From positions 217,746,001 to 217,810,000 of the forward strand of contig NC_058368.1 in NCBI RefSeq assembly GCF_018350175.1: a stretch of 64,000 nt of DNA. The letters are read 5' to 3'. The notes beneath the pieces were generated by a model. It was not told the DNA's origin. It searched no databases and worked only from the letters and a program-made list of their open reading frames with translations. The DNA comes from Felis catus (taxonomy: Eukaryota). This document shows, in pieces, positions 13,269 through 27,031 of the stretch; the stretch's first letter is position 1, and each line of letters opens with the position of its first letter. The position numbers and the translations under genes were made by a program.

Positions 13269-15822
13269 TTGCACAGACCATTCTGATTTATTACAATGTA
13301 TTCTACTGCACTAGCTTTTCAGTTAAAATGATTTCTTCAGGTATGGTACTGTTTGCAAATTCACATCACTTATCGCCTTTACCCTTCATATCCTAAATCT
13401 TTAGTGCCTGATCCCATCTTAATCCAATCTTCACTTTTGCTTCCTTCTTGGATCAGATAACATAAATAGATTTCTTAGAATCCCCTTTACATTTTATAAG
13501 CCTTGCTTTCTAAGATGGCAGTAATCACAGGGTGGAAAGAAGAACAAAATCAGTAAGAAAAAAAAAACACATCAATCTCTTTGTTAGTCAAGGATGGATG
13601 TGACAGTGAGACACAGAACAGTCAGTCGCTAACATTGTATGAGCATCTACGCAGCAGCAGCAGCATCTTCTGGACAAAAAGAAAAATTTGAAATGATAGG
13701 AACGAGCCTGTAATTAGTGGGAAACAGGCGTTTGCTAATAAAAGTCCATTTCTTTTCAGGGGAGTATTAGAAATGTAAATAAAACTGAAAATATTAAGTA
13801 TGTAAGTTCTAAAAAGGGTTTACAAATCTCTAAGTTAATCTTTCACTTAAATGTGGCACTGTGAGTATGATTTAGGGTTTCTAATTTGAAAGGAAGGGAT
13901 GATCTGAGATAATTATAAGATATAATTAGATCTTCATTAAAAAATAATTATGTGCACTTAAAAAAAAAAAAAAACCTTCACATTATAACAACTACACCAC
14001 CTTTTTTCAGTTGGCATTTTATCCTGACAACTTCAATCAAATTTTGTGAATCAGCACAGAAATCAACCATGGACACTAAACAATATCATGTACAATAGCT
14101 ATTTATAAGTGGAATGAGTTAGCATTTGTTTGCTTTTTAATAGTTTTTTTTTTTCAAACTATAGCAATTAAGTTCAGGTATATGATAAATTTAATGTAAA
14201 TTCTTTGGCTTTAGGAATTTAAAATAAAACTTTAAAAGAAAACTTTATTTTTATAACTTAAAGATATTGATAAAATCCTTTATATCATTAAACAAATTGG
14301 ACAGGAGGGAAATCAATAATTCTATGTGAATGAGGCTTCCTCTGCCCCTTCAGGTAGAAAGGTTTTAAGATTATATTCAGAATTTTTATAAAGAGGGCAC
14401 TTTGTTTGAGCCTGTATCACACACAGTTGAACACCATTATTGCACAGTTTTACCAGTACCAGAATCAGACATTAAATGGAGAAAAAATTATACATTTGTT
14501 CTTTATATAAGAACAAAATGAGCAGACTTCTCAAGTTCTGTATTCTTTGGCCAAATATGCTTCCTCTTTACATATACAAGATCTATCTCTGTGTAGAATT
14601 ATAAGTCTGTTGTAGTTTATATGGAAAGACCAATATATGACATTAGTGAATTATATGATTTTGTGAAAGACTTGAATTCAATTAAATAGGAAAATGATTG
14701 TAAGTGGTATTAGCATTAGATGTCTTAATTACGTTCTGCTTTGCACACCACAGCAGACTGCCTGCTTATCCTCCGAAAGCTTTGTCTTCTTCATCCCTCC
14801 GTGACTCAGTGGTGTTTTTTTTTTTTTTTCATTCTTTGAGCTAGCAATCAAGTTCTAGAGTTTGAAACACTTAAAACATTTTCTCCATACAAGCCAGTCT
14901 CTAGTTCAAGAAATTTTTGTATTAGCTGATTAGAGAGTAAAGTGTCTCCACATGATTATATACCTTAATTTCCAGCCTCTCTAAAGACACACACACACAC
15001 ACACACACTCACAATCTTTTCCTATTTTCTGCTTCAAAGGATCTTTTCATTTAGAGGTGCTAGAAATTAATTTTTTCTGAAAACAGATAATTTTCCAGGT
15101 GCTTACATATTAAATACTGCCAGGTTCCACGTGTGAGAGGATTAGATTATTCCTGGATCAAAGCCTGAAATGTATTAAAAATTACTTTAAGAGTCCATAT
15201 GAAAAATTCAAATCTATGTATTTCCTTAGCACAGTTTATGTTGTGTTACATGATTACATTTTAGTTTTCAAAAGTAATCAGTATTCTGAGGCTGTACAAG
15301 CCAGTGAATAGAAATAAGATTTTTTTTTTCCTGAATACATCCCTGAGCTTATACTGTGCTAACCTTTGTGGGAATACACCTCAAAAAAGTTTTATGATGT
15401 GATGATTTTCTTGGCGCTTGCTTGTGTAACATAACTTTCAGTTTTAGGCAAGATCACTTTCCAGATACAAATCCCTAAAGGGAAAGAGATAGGACAGAGG
15501 AGGATTATTTTACCTATTATTGCAGCCTGTCCCTGAGGCCTGCATATTGCATATTTACAGTGTGTAATTTATTATAGCTTGCTAGTCTCTAGAGACATTG
15601 TCTACATGTTACTTGAGTCTAAATCTGCAGTCTGAATCTACTCAGTCTAACTCTAAATCTCTTTTCTCCTTCGCCACTTGGCAGCCATCTTAGCTTTCTT
15701 GGCACCACTCGCTTCAATTGGGGGAGGGGGACAAAAGCAGAGCTATGAGGACCTTCAATAAATAAGCACCTTCATGGAAACTATACCCTTTGTCTTCTCA
15801 TAATATATGACTATTCTCCAGG

Positions 15823-15903
15823 ATGAGAAAGATTAAGGATGAGAGTATTGGACAGAGGAGCCTCAGATTGGAACCAGTATCATTGCTTGCTGGAGTTCAA
15901 ACC
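15823..15903 (+). CDS. Candidate first or internal exon (MRKIKDESIGQRSLRLEPVSLLAGVQT)
   Basis: 27 open codons ending at the donor ACC|GTAAGT; ctattctccag acceptor immediately upstream; TE-free context. Confidence 0.3.
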
Positions 15904-16642
15904 GTAAGTTTCTCCTGAGACCACACAAAAGACCTAAATGGCAGGTGATGTCGGTAGTACTGAGTGTTAACAGGGAAGAATGTTGCCTCATAGGTTTTGC
16001 CTATGTAAAGTACTCTGTAAAAATAAAAACACTGCCATCTATTTATAATGCATTGTAGTCAAGCAGAAACCCCATTTGATTTTCTCACATATGCTGAGAA
16101 AAAGGGACTAATTAATAGTGCATAAATTCTCAGTGGGAATTGAAAGATGCTTACGTTATGCATTTTTTTCCCTAAATAGAAAAATAGAATATAATCAAAG
16201 AGCATAAACACTATCACAATAATAACAGAAAAATCCAAATTGTGGATGGATAAGTCTAGAATTAGGAATGTATACTAGTACAATCAATGAATACTGGCTG
16301 GACAAGTTGTAATCATCAAAGCAATAAAAATCACAATGAATGTTCTTGTTAAGTTCACCATATGCATTGGTTTTATTTAGAGTTTTATAGTTTCATTTAG
16401 AGTTTTATATTTATCACGAAAAATTTTTGACATTTTTATATGGAATCTTTATGCACTAGAATGTCAAATACACTTTTCAATTTTACCTAACCTAAATGCG
16501 AAATTCAAGAATGGAAAAAAAATCCCTTATGATTTCTTAAAGGTGTGTTGTAATTTGTTTCCTGTGCCTTCTAGGAAATAGACTGAATTCCTACTTCACC
16601 TTTTTAAAAATAATTGATAACTTATAAATAGATCCTTACAAC

Positions 16643-16841
16643 TTTATTTTTTTTAAGTTTTTTATTTTTGAGAGAGAGTGCACACATGTGAGCAGGAGGA
16701 GGGGAGAGAGAGAGTCCCAAGCAGGCTCTGTGCTGTCAGTGAGGAGCCCCAGGCAGGGCTCCATCTCAGGACCTCTGAGATCATGACCTGAGCTGAAGTC
16801 AAGGCTCAAAGGCTTAATTGACTAAGCCACCCAGGTGCCCC
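16643..16841 (-). mobile_element. Can-SINE
   Basis: SINE body; TSD agatcctt(ac/gg)aacttta. Confidence 0.93.
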
Positions 16842-18309
16842 AGATCCTTGGAACTTTAAAATTAGTATGATTCTGATGTTTGAATAAATTTAAAAGTACA
16901 AAAATGCTATGTTTTAATTTTCTCATAACAAAGAAGAATCATGAAAAGAAATTTTGCTTTTCTCTTTAACTAACTTCAGCACTTCATGACAGACTCAGGA
17001 GAAATTGTGAAGAAAAAAAAAAAAAAAACTATGTAACTTTGTCCTGGGCCAGAGGTTTCATGTATTGGGAAAAAAAAATGTTTTTAAAGCAATACCTGAG
17101 TTATTCCACTAGAAAAGTTTTATTTGGCTGGCATTAGACCAATACAAGACTTGAATTTTATGCCAAAGTTTGCTTCTAACTCTGTATCTTTGGAAACAAA
17201 GTATTTCCCCAAAGATCTTACATTTCTCTACAAAAGCTATGGATTTAATTAGATCATCTGTAAAATGTATGTCAATACTAAAAATGTACTGTTATATTTG
17301 ACTATAACTTAGTTTTCCAGAGCTCTAATTTTGACATTTAAATAGCCATTGCCCAAATCTTTGTGTACTTATGTGCTTATCATGACAAATAGCTTTCTTA
17401 TAAGGGTCATAATTTACAATATTTATACTTTTTTAAATCATTCTATGTATTTAACCACTTATTTGATTACACTATGCAGAGAGAATGCAATTCAAGTAGA
17501 ACATGGAAACACTGACTGCATTTAATAACTAATTGTTAAACTTGCTGGAAGCCACACTATGTACTTTTTAACCACGGACCAAATGAATTCTATTTTGGAT
17601 GGTATACTCTGTGCTCCTTGGACATCGTATGACAGTTTATCACTCTAAACTCCATTATTTGAAGAGATCTATTTGCTACTAGTCTCTCTTAAAAGATGAT
17701 GAAATGCTAGAAGGAGAAATAAAAATTGTTGATTAATGCAAAAATGCCAGGAAAGATGGATTAAATGAACAAATTACAGATTCAACAAGGAGAAAGCCAA
17801 TACCACATTGTTGGATGAAAACCTAATTATGATAATAACTGCATCAAAATAAATTTAGTCTGGTTAAAAGACAAAGATTAAAAGACTGGCAAAAATAAAA
17901 GACTCAATTCAATGCTGCTTTCAGGAAACACGCTAAAAGTTAAAGAAATAATCACTCAGTCACAGATAAGGTGAAAAGAGAGTATGGAAAATATAGATGT
18001 ACCATCTAAAAACTAACCAAAGGATGGCTTAGCTATATTTATAACAAGAAAACATATTTAAAAGCAAGTAGTATTACAAAAAATCAAGACTTAAGTTGCT
18101 TAAAGAAAATATATCATGTCCCCTACCCTGCACTAATAACATATTTTCAAAATATAGAAACAATGACATAAGTGAAGGGCACTAGAGTAGATCACAAAAT
18201 GTCTAGGGAATTTAATAGTAAAGATAAAAGCAAGAATAAATAAAGTAGGAACCATACAAATAAACAAAGCTAAGACTGTATCTCCAAAAAAAATCATAAA
18301 TTATATAAA

Positions 18310-18524
18310 CTTTTTAAAATTATTTTTTTAATGTTTATTTTTGAGAGACAGAGATAGCATGAGCGGGGGAGGGGCAGAGAGGGAGGGAGACACAGATTCT
18401 GAAGCAAGCTCTAGGCTCTGAGCTGTCAGCACAGAGCCTGATGCAGGGCTCGAACTCACGAACTGCGAGATCATGACCTGATCCGAAGTTGGTCGCTTAA
18501 CCAACTGAGCCACCCAGGTGCCCC
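18310..18524 (-). mobile_element. Can-SINE
   Basis: Complete SINE body in reverse orientation. Confidence 0.95.
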
Positions 18525-19419
18525 TAGATAAACTCTTAAAAGATGTAGAAATACAAAATCACTAAAACGCTACAGATATCCAAATGATAGGATATTCTGA
18601 AAAAGTTTACTAACCCAATTAAAATTTAAAAATTAAATAAAATCATAATTTCCCTGATAAAATTTACAAGCACTATCACAAACAGAAATAAAATATTGGC
18701 ATAGAATTATGAGTATTAAAAACCTTAAATCCATAATTTAAAATACTTATACACAAAGAAATCCCCAGCCACAGATGGTTTCTCTTAATTAAGAATGCAA
18801 ATGAACAATTCATTAAAAAAACTTTCAAATAATATAAAATATGAGAATATTTCCAAATTCCTTTTATTAATCAAGAATATACTCGACACCCAAATTTTAA
18901 GAGTGCTACAAGAGAGGATAATTACAAAGTGATATTTCTCACACACCAATTAATTTTAAGTAACATTAAAAAAATAAAACCCAGCAATATATAGAAAGGA
19001 TACTACATCATAACTAAAGTTTATTCATGAACTGCAAGGTTGATTTGACATTTAGAAATCACTGAATATAATTTACCACACTAATAGTACAAAGAAAAAG
19101 TAATCATTTATTCTAAAGCAGAAAATAATCTGATAAAATCAACATTTATTCTGGGTTTAAAAATGACTTAAGAAACTCAGAATTAAGGATCCTTTTTTTC
19201 TGGTTAAGAACATGGACATAAATAATCTACATTAAATATAATATTCAATAGTGAAATATTAATTGATTTCTTACTGAAGTTAAGAACACACCAAGGATGG
19301 CCAATCCTTATTTAAGATAGTACTAGAGAACCTAGGTGGTGCAACAGCATACATTCAGTGGTTAATATTGAAAACAGGCTACCATAAGTTAAAGATACAT
19401 ATGGTAAACCCTGAAATAG

Positions 19420-19492
19420 CCATCAAAAATTAAAATAAAGAAAACCATCAAAAATTAAAATAAAGAAAACCATCAAAAATTAAAATAAAGAA
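19420..19492. repeat. 25-bp tandem repeat, about 2.9 perfect copies
   Basis: Unit ccatcaaaaattaaaataaagaaaa. Confidence 0.95.
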
Positions 19493-20213
19493 GTGTAGCT
19501 AATAAGCCAGTAAGGGGTTAAAAAGGAATTCCAAAAACGCTCTAGATCAAAAGTATGTAGGAAAACAGGACAAATACGGAATAAAGAACAAATCAGACAA
19601 ATAACCAAGTGGTAGACTTACACCCAATCAAAATAAGTTCCTTTTATGTAATTGGTCTACACACGAATAAAAGGTAAACAGTTTCAGGGCAGATTAAAAA
19701 AAGAAAGAAAGAAACACACATCACATTTAAAGAGAAAAACTCAAAAAATAGGAAAGACTTGCCTAGTGATTTTATGAAGCTAGGATTCTTCTGTGCTTTT
19801 GTGAGGACAAAATTAGATGGCTCCATACTTTTAAGAGGTAAATTTCTCCAAATCAATCTATAGATTCTAAGCAATGTGAATTTAAGCATATGAATAATAA
19901 TTCAACAACTCTTTTGAAATGACAAGAATTTGCAAGTGATATGCATTAGATGACACTACCTTGAATGAAAATTAGCAGAAATGGACAACTTACAATACTG
20001 TACTTGAAGAAATACTATACAGCTATTATAATTAAGATACTGTGATAATGACATGAGAATGAACAAATATAACAATGGAATAGAAAAAAAATGTTCAAAT
20101 AGATCCACACATACATATCACTGGTTTTGTGACAAAAATGAGATTATAGGTGGAAAATGATCTTATCAATAAACATTTAGATGTCACAAAAAAAAAAAGA
20201 AACCCCTTGCCTC

Positions 20214-20411
20214 GGGCGTCTGGGTGTCTCAGTTGGTTAAGCATCCGACTTTGGCTCAGGTCATGATCTCACAGTCTGTGAGTTGGAGCCCCCCATCCGG
20301 CTCTTTGCAGTCAGCACAGAGCCCACTTCAGATCCATTGTCTCCCTCTCTTTCTGCCCCTACCCCAGTCATGTTCTTTCTCTCTCTCAAAAATAAGTAAA
20401 CATAAAGAAAA
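20214..20411 (+). mobile_element. Can-SINE
   Basis: gggcgtctgggtgtctcagttggttaagc...(CT)n, A-rich tail. Confidence 0.93.
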
Positions 20412-20738
20412 TATTATATCACATATTATCACTCACTCTCCATTCTGCACTACCTGTAGCCACTGGTAACCGCTGATCTACACCTGTGTCAATGGATTTG
20501 CCTCTCCAGGACATTTCATGTAAATGAAAGCCTACAATATGTGGACTTTTGTGATTGGTTTCTTTCACATAGCATAATGTTTTCGAAGTTTACCTATGTA
20601 GTAGTATGTATCAGTACTTTTTTTTTAAGTTGATGAATAATATTCAAGTGTATGCATATACCACATTTTGTTTATCCATTCAGTGGGTGAACATTTAAAT
20701 CATTTCCTCTTTTGACTGTTAAAAATTAATGCTATGTT

Positions 20739-20946
20739 GGGGTGCCTGGGTGGCTCAGTCGGTTAAGCATCCAACTTTGGCTCAGGTCATGATCTTGCGG
20801 TCCGTGAGTTCAAGCCCCGCGTCAGGCTCTGTGCTGACAGCTTAGAGCCTGGAGCCTGTTTTAGATTCTGTGTCTCCCTCTTTCTCTCTCCTCACCCACT
20901 CATGCTCTGTCTCTCTCTTCTCAAAAATAAATAAACGTTAAAAAAA
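20739..20946 (+). mobile_element. Can-SINE
   Basis: Full body; TSD taatgctatgt. Confidence 0.95.
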
Positions 20947-22157
20947 TAATGCTATGTATACAAGTTTTGTGCAGATATATTTCATTTCTCTGAGTATATG
21001 CCTAGGAGAGGAATAGTTAGGTGATAGAATTACTCAATTCTTAACATTTTACAGAATTACAAAAATTTTCCAAAGTAAATGTACCATTTTGCTATCCAAC
21101 TAGGAATCTGAGACTGTTCTTAATTCTCCACTTCCTTAATAAGACTTGTTATCTGTCTTTTTAGCCATTATAGTGGATGGGAAGTTTACTTAATTGTAGT
21201 TTTGACATGCATTTCCCTAAAGATAAATGTTGTGAATCATCTTTTCATGTACTGTGGCCATTTGTAAATCTTCTTTGGAAAAATGTTTATTTAAATCTCT
21301 TGCTCATTATTTTTTACTGAGCTCATTGTCTTTTTAATATTGACTTGTAAGACCTCTTTATATATTGCACCTATTAATATATTTTCAGATACATACTTTG
21401 CCATATTTTATTCCATGGAATGTCTTTTGACTTTCTTAATGGTGTCCTTTGAAGCACAAGGATTTAATTTTGATGAAGTCAATTTATGTCTCTTATTCCT
21501 TTTTTTCTCTTGTGCTTTAATCATTTCGTCTAATAAGCCATTACCTAACTGAAGATGAGAAATATTTGCTACCTTCTAAGAATTTTAAAGTTTTTGTTGT
21601 TATATTTAGATCCAAGTTCAGTTTAGTGTTAATTGCTGTATATGTTCCGAAGTAGGGGTCTGAATTCATTATTTCGCACATGTATATGCAGTGGTCCCAA
21701 TACCACTTTCTGAAAGAATATTCTTTCTCCAGAATTGTTTCCGCACTATTGTAGAAAACCCAACTGACCATTTATGGAAGGTTTTAATTCTAGACTCTAA
21801 ATTCAATTCCCTTGTTTCTCATACTTATGCTTACCTAGTATCATACTATCCTGATTACTGTAAATATGCATTGTTTTAAAACAAGAAAATGTGAATTCTC
21901 CAAATTTGTTCTCTTTCAAGATTGTTTTGGCTGTTCTGATAACATGTTTTGTTTTGTTTTATTATCTTTTATTGTCCTTTTTTATTGTCACTTGCATTGT
22001 CATATACATTTTAGTCTTAGCTTATAAATTTTTGCAAAAAGAGCCAGTCAGTCTTTTGTTAAGTATTCTGTTCAACCTACAGATGAATTTGGGAAGTATT
22101 GGATCTTAATAGAATTAAGTCATCAAATTCAAGAACAAAGGATAGCTTTCCATTTCA

Positions 22158-24854
22158 TAAGCATACCTCAGAAACATTGCAGGTTCAGTTCCAGACCACC
22201 AGAATAAAGTGAATTCTCAGTAAAAAAAATTAAATGTATTTTTTGGTTTCCCATTGTATATAAAAGTTATGTATACACTATACTGTAGTCTATTAAATGT
22301 GTAAAAGCATTATGTCTAAAAATATATGTACCTTAATCAAAAATGCGTTATTGCTAAAAAATGCTAACTACTCTGATGGGCTCTCAGTGAGCCATAATCT
22401 TTTTGCTAATGGAGGGTCTTGCCTCAATCTTGATGACTACTGATGAGACTGGTGGTAGCTGAAGATTGGGGTGGCCGTGGCAATTTCTTCTTTTTTAAAA
22501 AAATCATTTTCTTTTATTTTTTTCATCGTGATAAGTATACTCTTTAAAACCCATCCCCTACATCCCCCATCTCCCCATCCACCTCCCCTCTGGTAACCAT
22601 CAGTTTGTTCTCAATAGTTAAGAGTCTGTTTCTTGTTTTGTCTATCTCCTTTTGTCCCTTTGCTTGTTTTATTTCATAAATTCCACATATAAGTGAGACT
22701 ATATGTATTTGTCTTTCTCTATTTCACTTGGCATAATACTCTCTAGTTCAATCTATGTTGTTGCAAATGGCAAGATTTCATTCTTTTTTTGACTAATCAT
22801 ATTCCATTTGATATATTTATCTTCTTTATCTATTCATCTACTGATGGACATTTGGGCTGCTTACATAGTTTGGCTATTGTAAATGATGTTGCAATAATCA
22901 TAGGGGTGCATGTATTCCTTTGTATTAGTGTTTTTGTATTTTTGAGTAAATACCCAGTAGTGTGACTCCCAGATTGTAGGGTAGTTCCATTTTTAATATT
23001 TCTGAGGAATCTCCATACTATTTTTCACAATGGCTGGACCGATTTGCATCCCTCATAACAGTGCAAGAGGGTTCTTTTTTCTCCACATCCTTACTAACAT
23101 TCTTTTTTTTTCTTGTGTATTTGATTTTAGCCATTCTCACAGGTAAGAGGTGATATTTCATAGTAGTTTTGATTTGCAATTCCCTGATGATGATGTTGAG
23201 CATATTTTCATGTCTCTGTTGGGCATCTGCGTGTCTTCAGAGAAATGTCTGTTCATGTCTTCTGCCCAATTTTTAATTGGATTATTTGTTGTTGTTGTTT
23301 TTGAGTATTGAGTTGTATCAGTTCTTTATATATTTTGGATACTAACCCTTTATTGTATATGTCATTTGCAAATATCTTCTCCCATTCAGTAGACTTCCTC
23401 TAAGATTTTTTCCTTCACTGTGCAGAAAGATTTTATTTCGATGTAGTCCCAACAGTTTATTTTTGCCGTTATATCCCTTGCCTCAGGAGATGTACCTAGA
23501 AAAATATTGCTATGGCCGATGTCAGAAAGATTACTACCTGTGCTCTCTTCAAAGATTTTTATGGTTTCAGGTCTCGCATTTAGATCTTTAATTCATTTTT
23601 AGCATATTTTGCATATGGTGAATGAAAGTGGTCCAGTTTAATTCTTTGGCTGTCCCGTTTGCCTAGCACCATGTGTTGAAGAGATTTTTTCCCATTGTAT
23701 ATTCATTACTTCATTGTCGAAGATGAAGTGGATTTATTTCTGGGTTCCTGCTCTATTCTATTGATCTATGTGCCCATTTTTTGTGCCATTACTACACTGT
23801 TTTAATTACTACTGCTTTGTAATATAAATTGAAATCTGGAATTGTGATACCTCCCATTTTGTTTTTATTTTTCAAGATTTCTTTGACTATTTGAAGTCTT
23901 TCCTGGTTCCCTATAAATTTTAGAATTGCTTGTTCTAGTTCTATGGAATATGCTGTTGGTATTTCATAGGGATTGCATTAAATCTACAGATTGCTTTGGG
24001 TACTGTAGACATTTTAACAATATTTGTTCTTCCCATCCATTAGCATGGAATTTCTTTGTGTCATCTCAAATTTTGTTTATCAGTGTTTTAAAGTTTTGAG
24101 AGTACTAGTCTTTCACCTCTTTGGTTAAGTTCGTTCTTAGATATTTTACTGTTTTTGGTGCAATTAAAAATGGGAGGATTGTTTTCTTATTTCACTTTCT
24201 GCTGATTCATTATTACTGTATAGGAATGTTAACAGATTTCTGTACCTCGATTTTGTATCCTGAGACTTTACTGATTTCATTTATCTGTTCTCGTAGTTTT
24301 TGGTGGAGTCACTAGGATTTTTTTATACGTAGAACCACGTCACCTGTAAATAGTGACACATCTACTTCTTCCTTACCAATTTGGATGCCTTTTATTTCTT
24401 TATGGTTTTCCAATCACTGTGGCTAGGGCTTCCGGTACTATGTTGAATAAAAGCAGTGCCAAGTGAATATCCTTGTCTTGTTCCCTATCTTAGGAGAAAA
24501 GCTCTCAGTTTTTCACCATTGAGTATGATGTCCACTCTTGGGTTTTTCATAGAAGACTTTTATTATGCTGAAGTATGTTCTCTGTAGACCCACTTTACAG
24601 AGAGTTTTTATCATGAATGGATGTTGTAATTTGTCAAATGATTTTCTGCATCTCTTCAAATGACCATATGTTTTTATACTTTTCTTTATTGATGTGACAT
24701 ATCACGTTGATTGTTTTGTAAATACTGAGTCACTCTTGCATCTCAAGAATAAATCACACTTGATTGGGTATATGTTTTTAAAATATATTGTTGGATTTAT
24801 TTTGCTAGTATTTTGTTTCACATCTATATTCATGAAAGATATTAGCCTGTAGCG

Positions 24855-24908
<54 letters not shown>

Positions 24909-25661
24909 TTTGTGGTGTCTTTATCTTGTTTTGGTATCAGGATAATACTGGCCTCATAGGATGAATTTGGAAGTATTCCTTCCAAATTTTTGGAATAGTT
25001 TGAGAAGAATAATTATTAACTCTTCTTTAAATGTTAGCAGAATTCACCTGTGGAGCCATCTGGTCCTGGACTTTTGGTTTTGGAGTTTTTTAAATTACTC
25101 ACTGGATTTCATTGTTGGTAATTGGTTTGTTCAAATTTTCTATTTCTTCCTGCTTTAGTTTTCATAGGTTACATGTGTCTAGGAATTTACGTGGCAATTT
25201 CTTAAGACAATAAAGCTTGCTGAACAATTGACTCTTCCTTCTGCAAAAGATCTCTTTGTAGGATTTGATGCTCTTTGATAAATGTTGTTACCCATAGTAG
25301 AACTCTCAAAATCGGAGTCAATCCTTTCAAATACTGCCTTTGTTTTACCAAGTTAAGTTTATGTACTGTTCTAAATCCTTCATCATTTCAATAATCTTTA
25401 TAACATATTCACCAGGGATAGATTCCATCTCAAGAAACCACTTTCTTTTCTCATCCATTAAAAACAACTCTTCACCCATTAGTTTTATCATTGGATTGTA
25501 GCAATTCATTCACATCTTCAGGCTCCACTACTAATTCTAGTTCTGCTATTTCTACCGCATTGCAGTTACTTCCTTTATAGAATTCTTGAAACTTCAACTG
25601 GTAAAAAATACAACAACTGCAAAGTGCAATAAAGTGAAATGTAATAAAGACAGGGATGTTG
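22158..25661 (-). mobile_element. Internally deleted Tigger1 (TcMar) DNA transposon split by an L1
   Basis: TIR-like ends agcatacctcagaaacattgcaggttcagttccagaccacc and caaagtgcaataaagtgaaatgtaataaagacagggatgttg-TA; transposase C-terminal remnant ([22 protein letters not shown] in ORF 25472-25690). Confidence 0.9.
22490..25189 (-). mobile_element. 5'-truncated carnivore LINE-1 inserted in Tigger1
   Basis: Antisense ORF2/3'UTR; perfect 14-bp TSD cgtggcaatttctt at 22476-22489 and 25190-25203. Confidence 0.96.
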
Positions 25662-26951
25662 TATTTAGAATTGCTTTCATTTTTAAACAAGGTTTTGTAA
25701 TTTTCGGTTTAAAATCTTGACTTCATTATTCTTATCTTACTCTTAAGTATTTTATTGTTTTGATTCTGCATATCTGATGCTAAATATTTTATTAATTTCA
25801 TTTTCAAACTGTTTATTCCTTGCATACAAAACTATAATTGATTTTTGTACACTGATCTTATTTTTCTTTTACGTCCCTGAACTTGTATATTAATTCTGGT
25901 AGGGCTTTTGCTTTTAATATGGGGGGGGGGTTGTTTTGTTTTGTTTTTAGTGAATTCATATAAATTTTCTATACACTAGGTCATGGCATCTATGGAAATA
26001 GTTTTATTTTCTCATTTTAAATCAGTATACCTATTATCTCTCTCTCTCTCTCTTTTTTTTTTGATTGAATTGTCCAGAATAAAACCTTTTGCACACTGTT
26101 AAGTATAAGTGGCGACAGGAGACATCTTGGTCTTGTTTCCCATCATAATAGGGAATCATTCAGTCTTCCACTATTATGTGTGATGTTGGTTGTGACTTAT
26201 TCCAAGAAGATTTTTTGATGAGTAAATTGTGTTCTGTGCCCAATTTGGTTAGTGCTCACATCATGAAAACATGCTGGATTTTATCAAATGCTTTTCTGCA
26301 TCTATTAAAATAATCATGATTTTTCCCCTTTATTCTATACAACCATGTATTACATCAAATGATTTCCATATGTTAGACCAACTTTGCAGTGCTGAGATAA
26401 AAATCACACTTGGTCATGCTGTATAATTCTTTTATACAGTGCTGCATATGGTTTGGTAGCATATTAATGTGTAGTTAGCTAATTATTCTGCATGCAGTTT
26501 TTACAGTATTTTTCTACAATCCCCTCTAGTACTAGGAATTCAGTAATGATGATCTCTTTCATTTTTTTCTTTCATTTTTAATATTATTCACTTCAGTCTT
26601 TTTCTTTGACATTTTTGGTGAAGGTTTGTGATATTTGTTGATATTTTCAAATAGGAAACTTTTTTGTGGTTTCATTGATATTCTGTAATAAGAGCTATTT
26701 CATCTATTTGTGATCTAATAATATTAATTATTTTCTTCCTTTGGGTTTAATTTGGTCATCTTAGTCTTAAGGTTTCTTAAGGTTACATTGTGGAATTTAT
26801 ATATGTTTTTTTAATTTAGGTTATTATCTCTGCAAATTTCTCTTTATAACTCTGCTTAGGTTGTATCACAGAAGTATTGGTGTGTTACATTTTTGTTCTT
26901 ATTTATCTAAGCAAAGTACTATTTTTCTGAATACCTTGTGATTTCTCTCCA

Positions 26952-27031
26952 GAATCATTCTTTATTTAAGAACTTACTCTTTAATTTCCATGAATCATTC
27001 TTTATTTAAGAACTTGTTCTTTAATTTCCAT
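26952..27031. repeat. 40-bp tandem duplication
   Basis: gaatcattctttatttaagaactt(ac/gt)tctttaatttccat x2. Confidence 0.9.

Larger units (their letters stand above)
17780..20200 (+). mobile_element. Ancient L1M ORF2 fragments
   Basis: A-rich degraded L1 EN/RT similarity (atgctgctttcaggaaacac, gaactgcaaggttgatttgacattt, acaatggaatagaa). Confidence 0.7.

Noticed and set aside
18328..18513. Recurrent MAQ/MWL...QVMISQ ORF family across the window
   Set aside because: Translations of Can-SINE copies, not a gene family
19420..19492. CRISPR-like array
   Set aside because: Head-to-tail repeats with no spacers, in mammalian DNA
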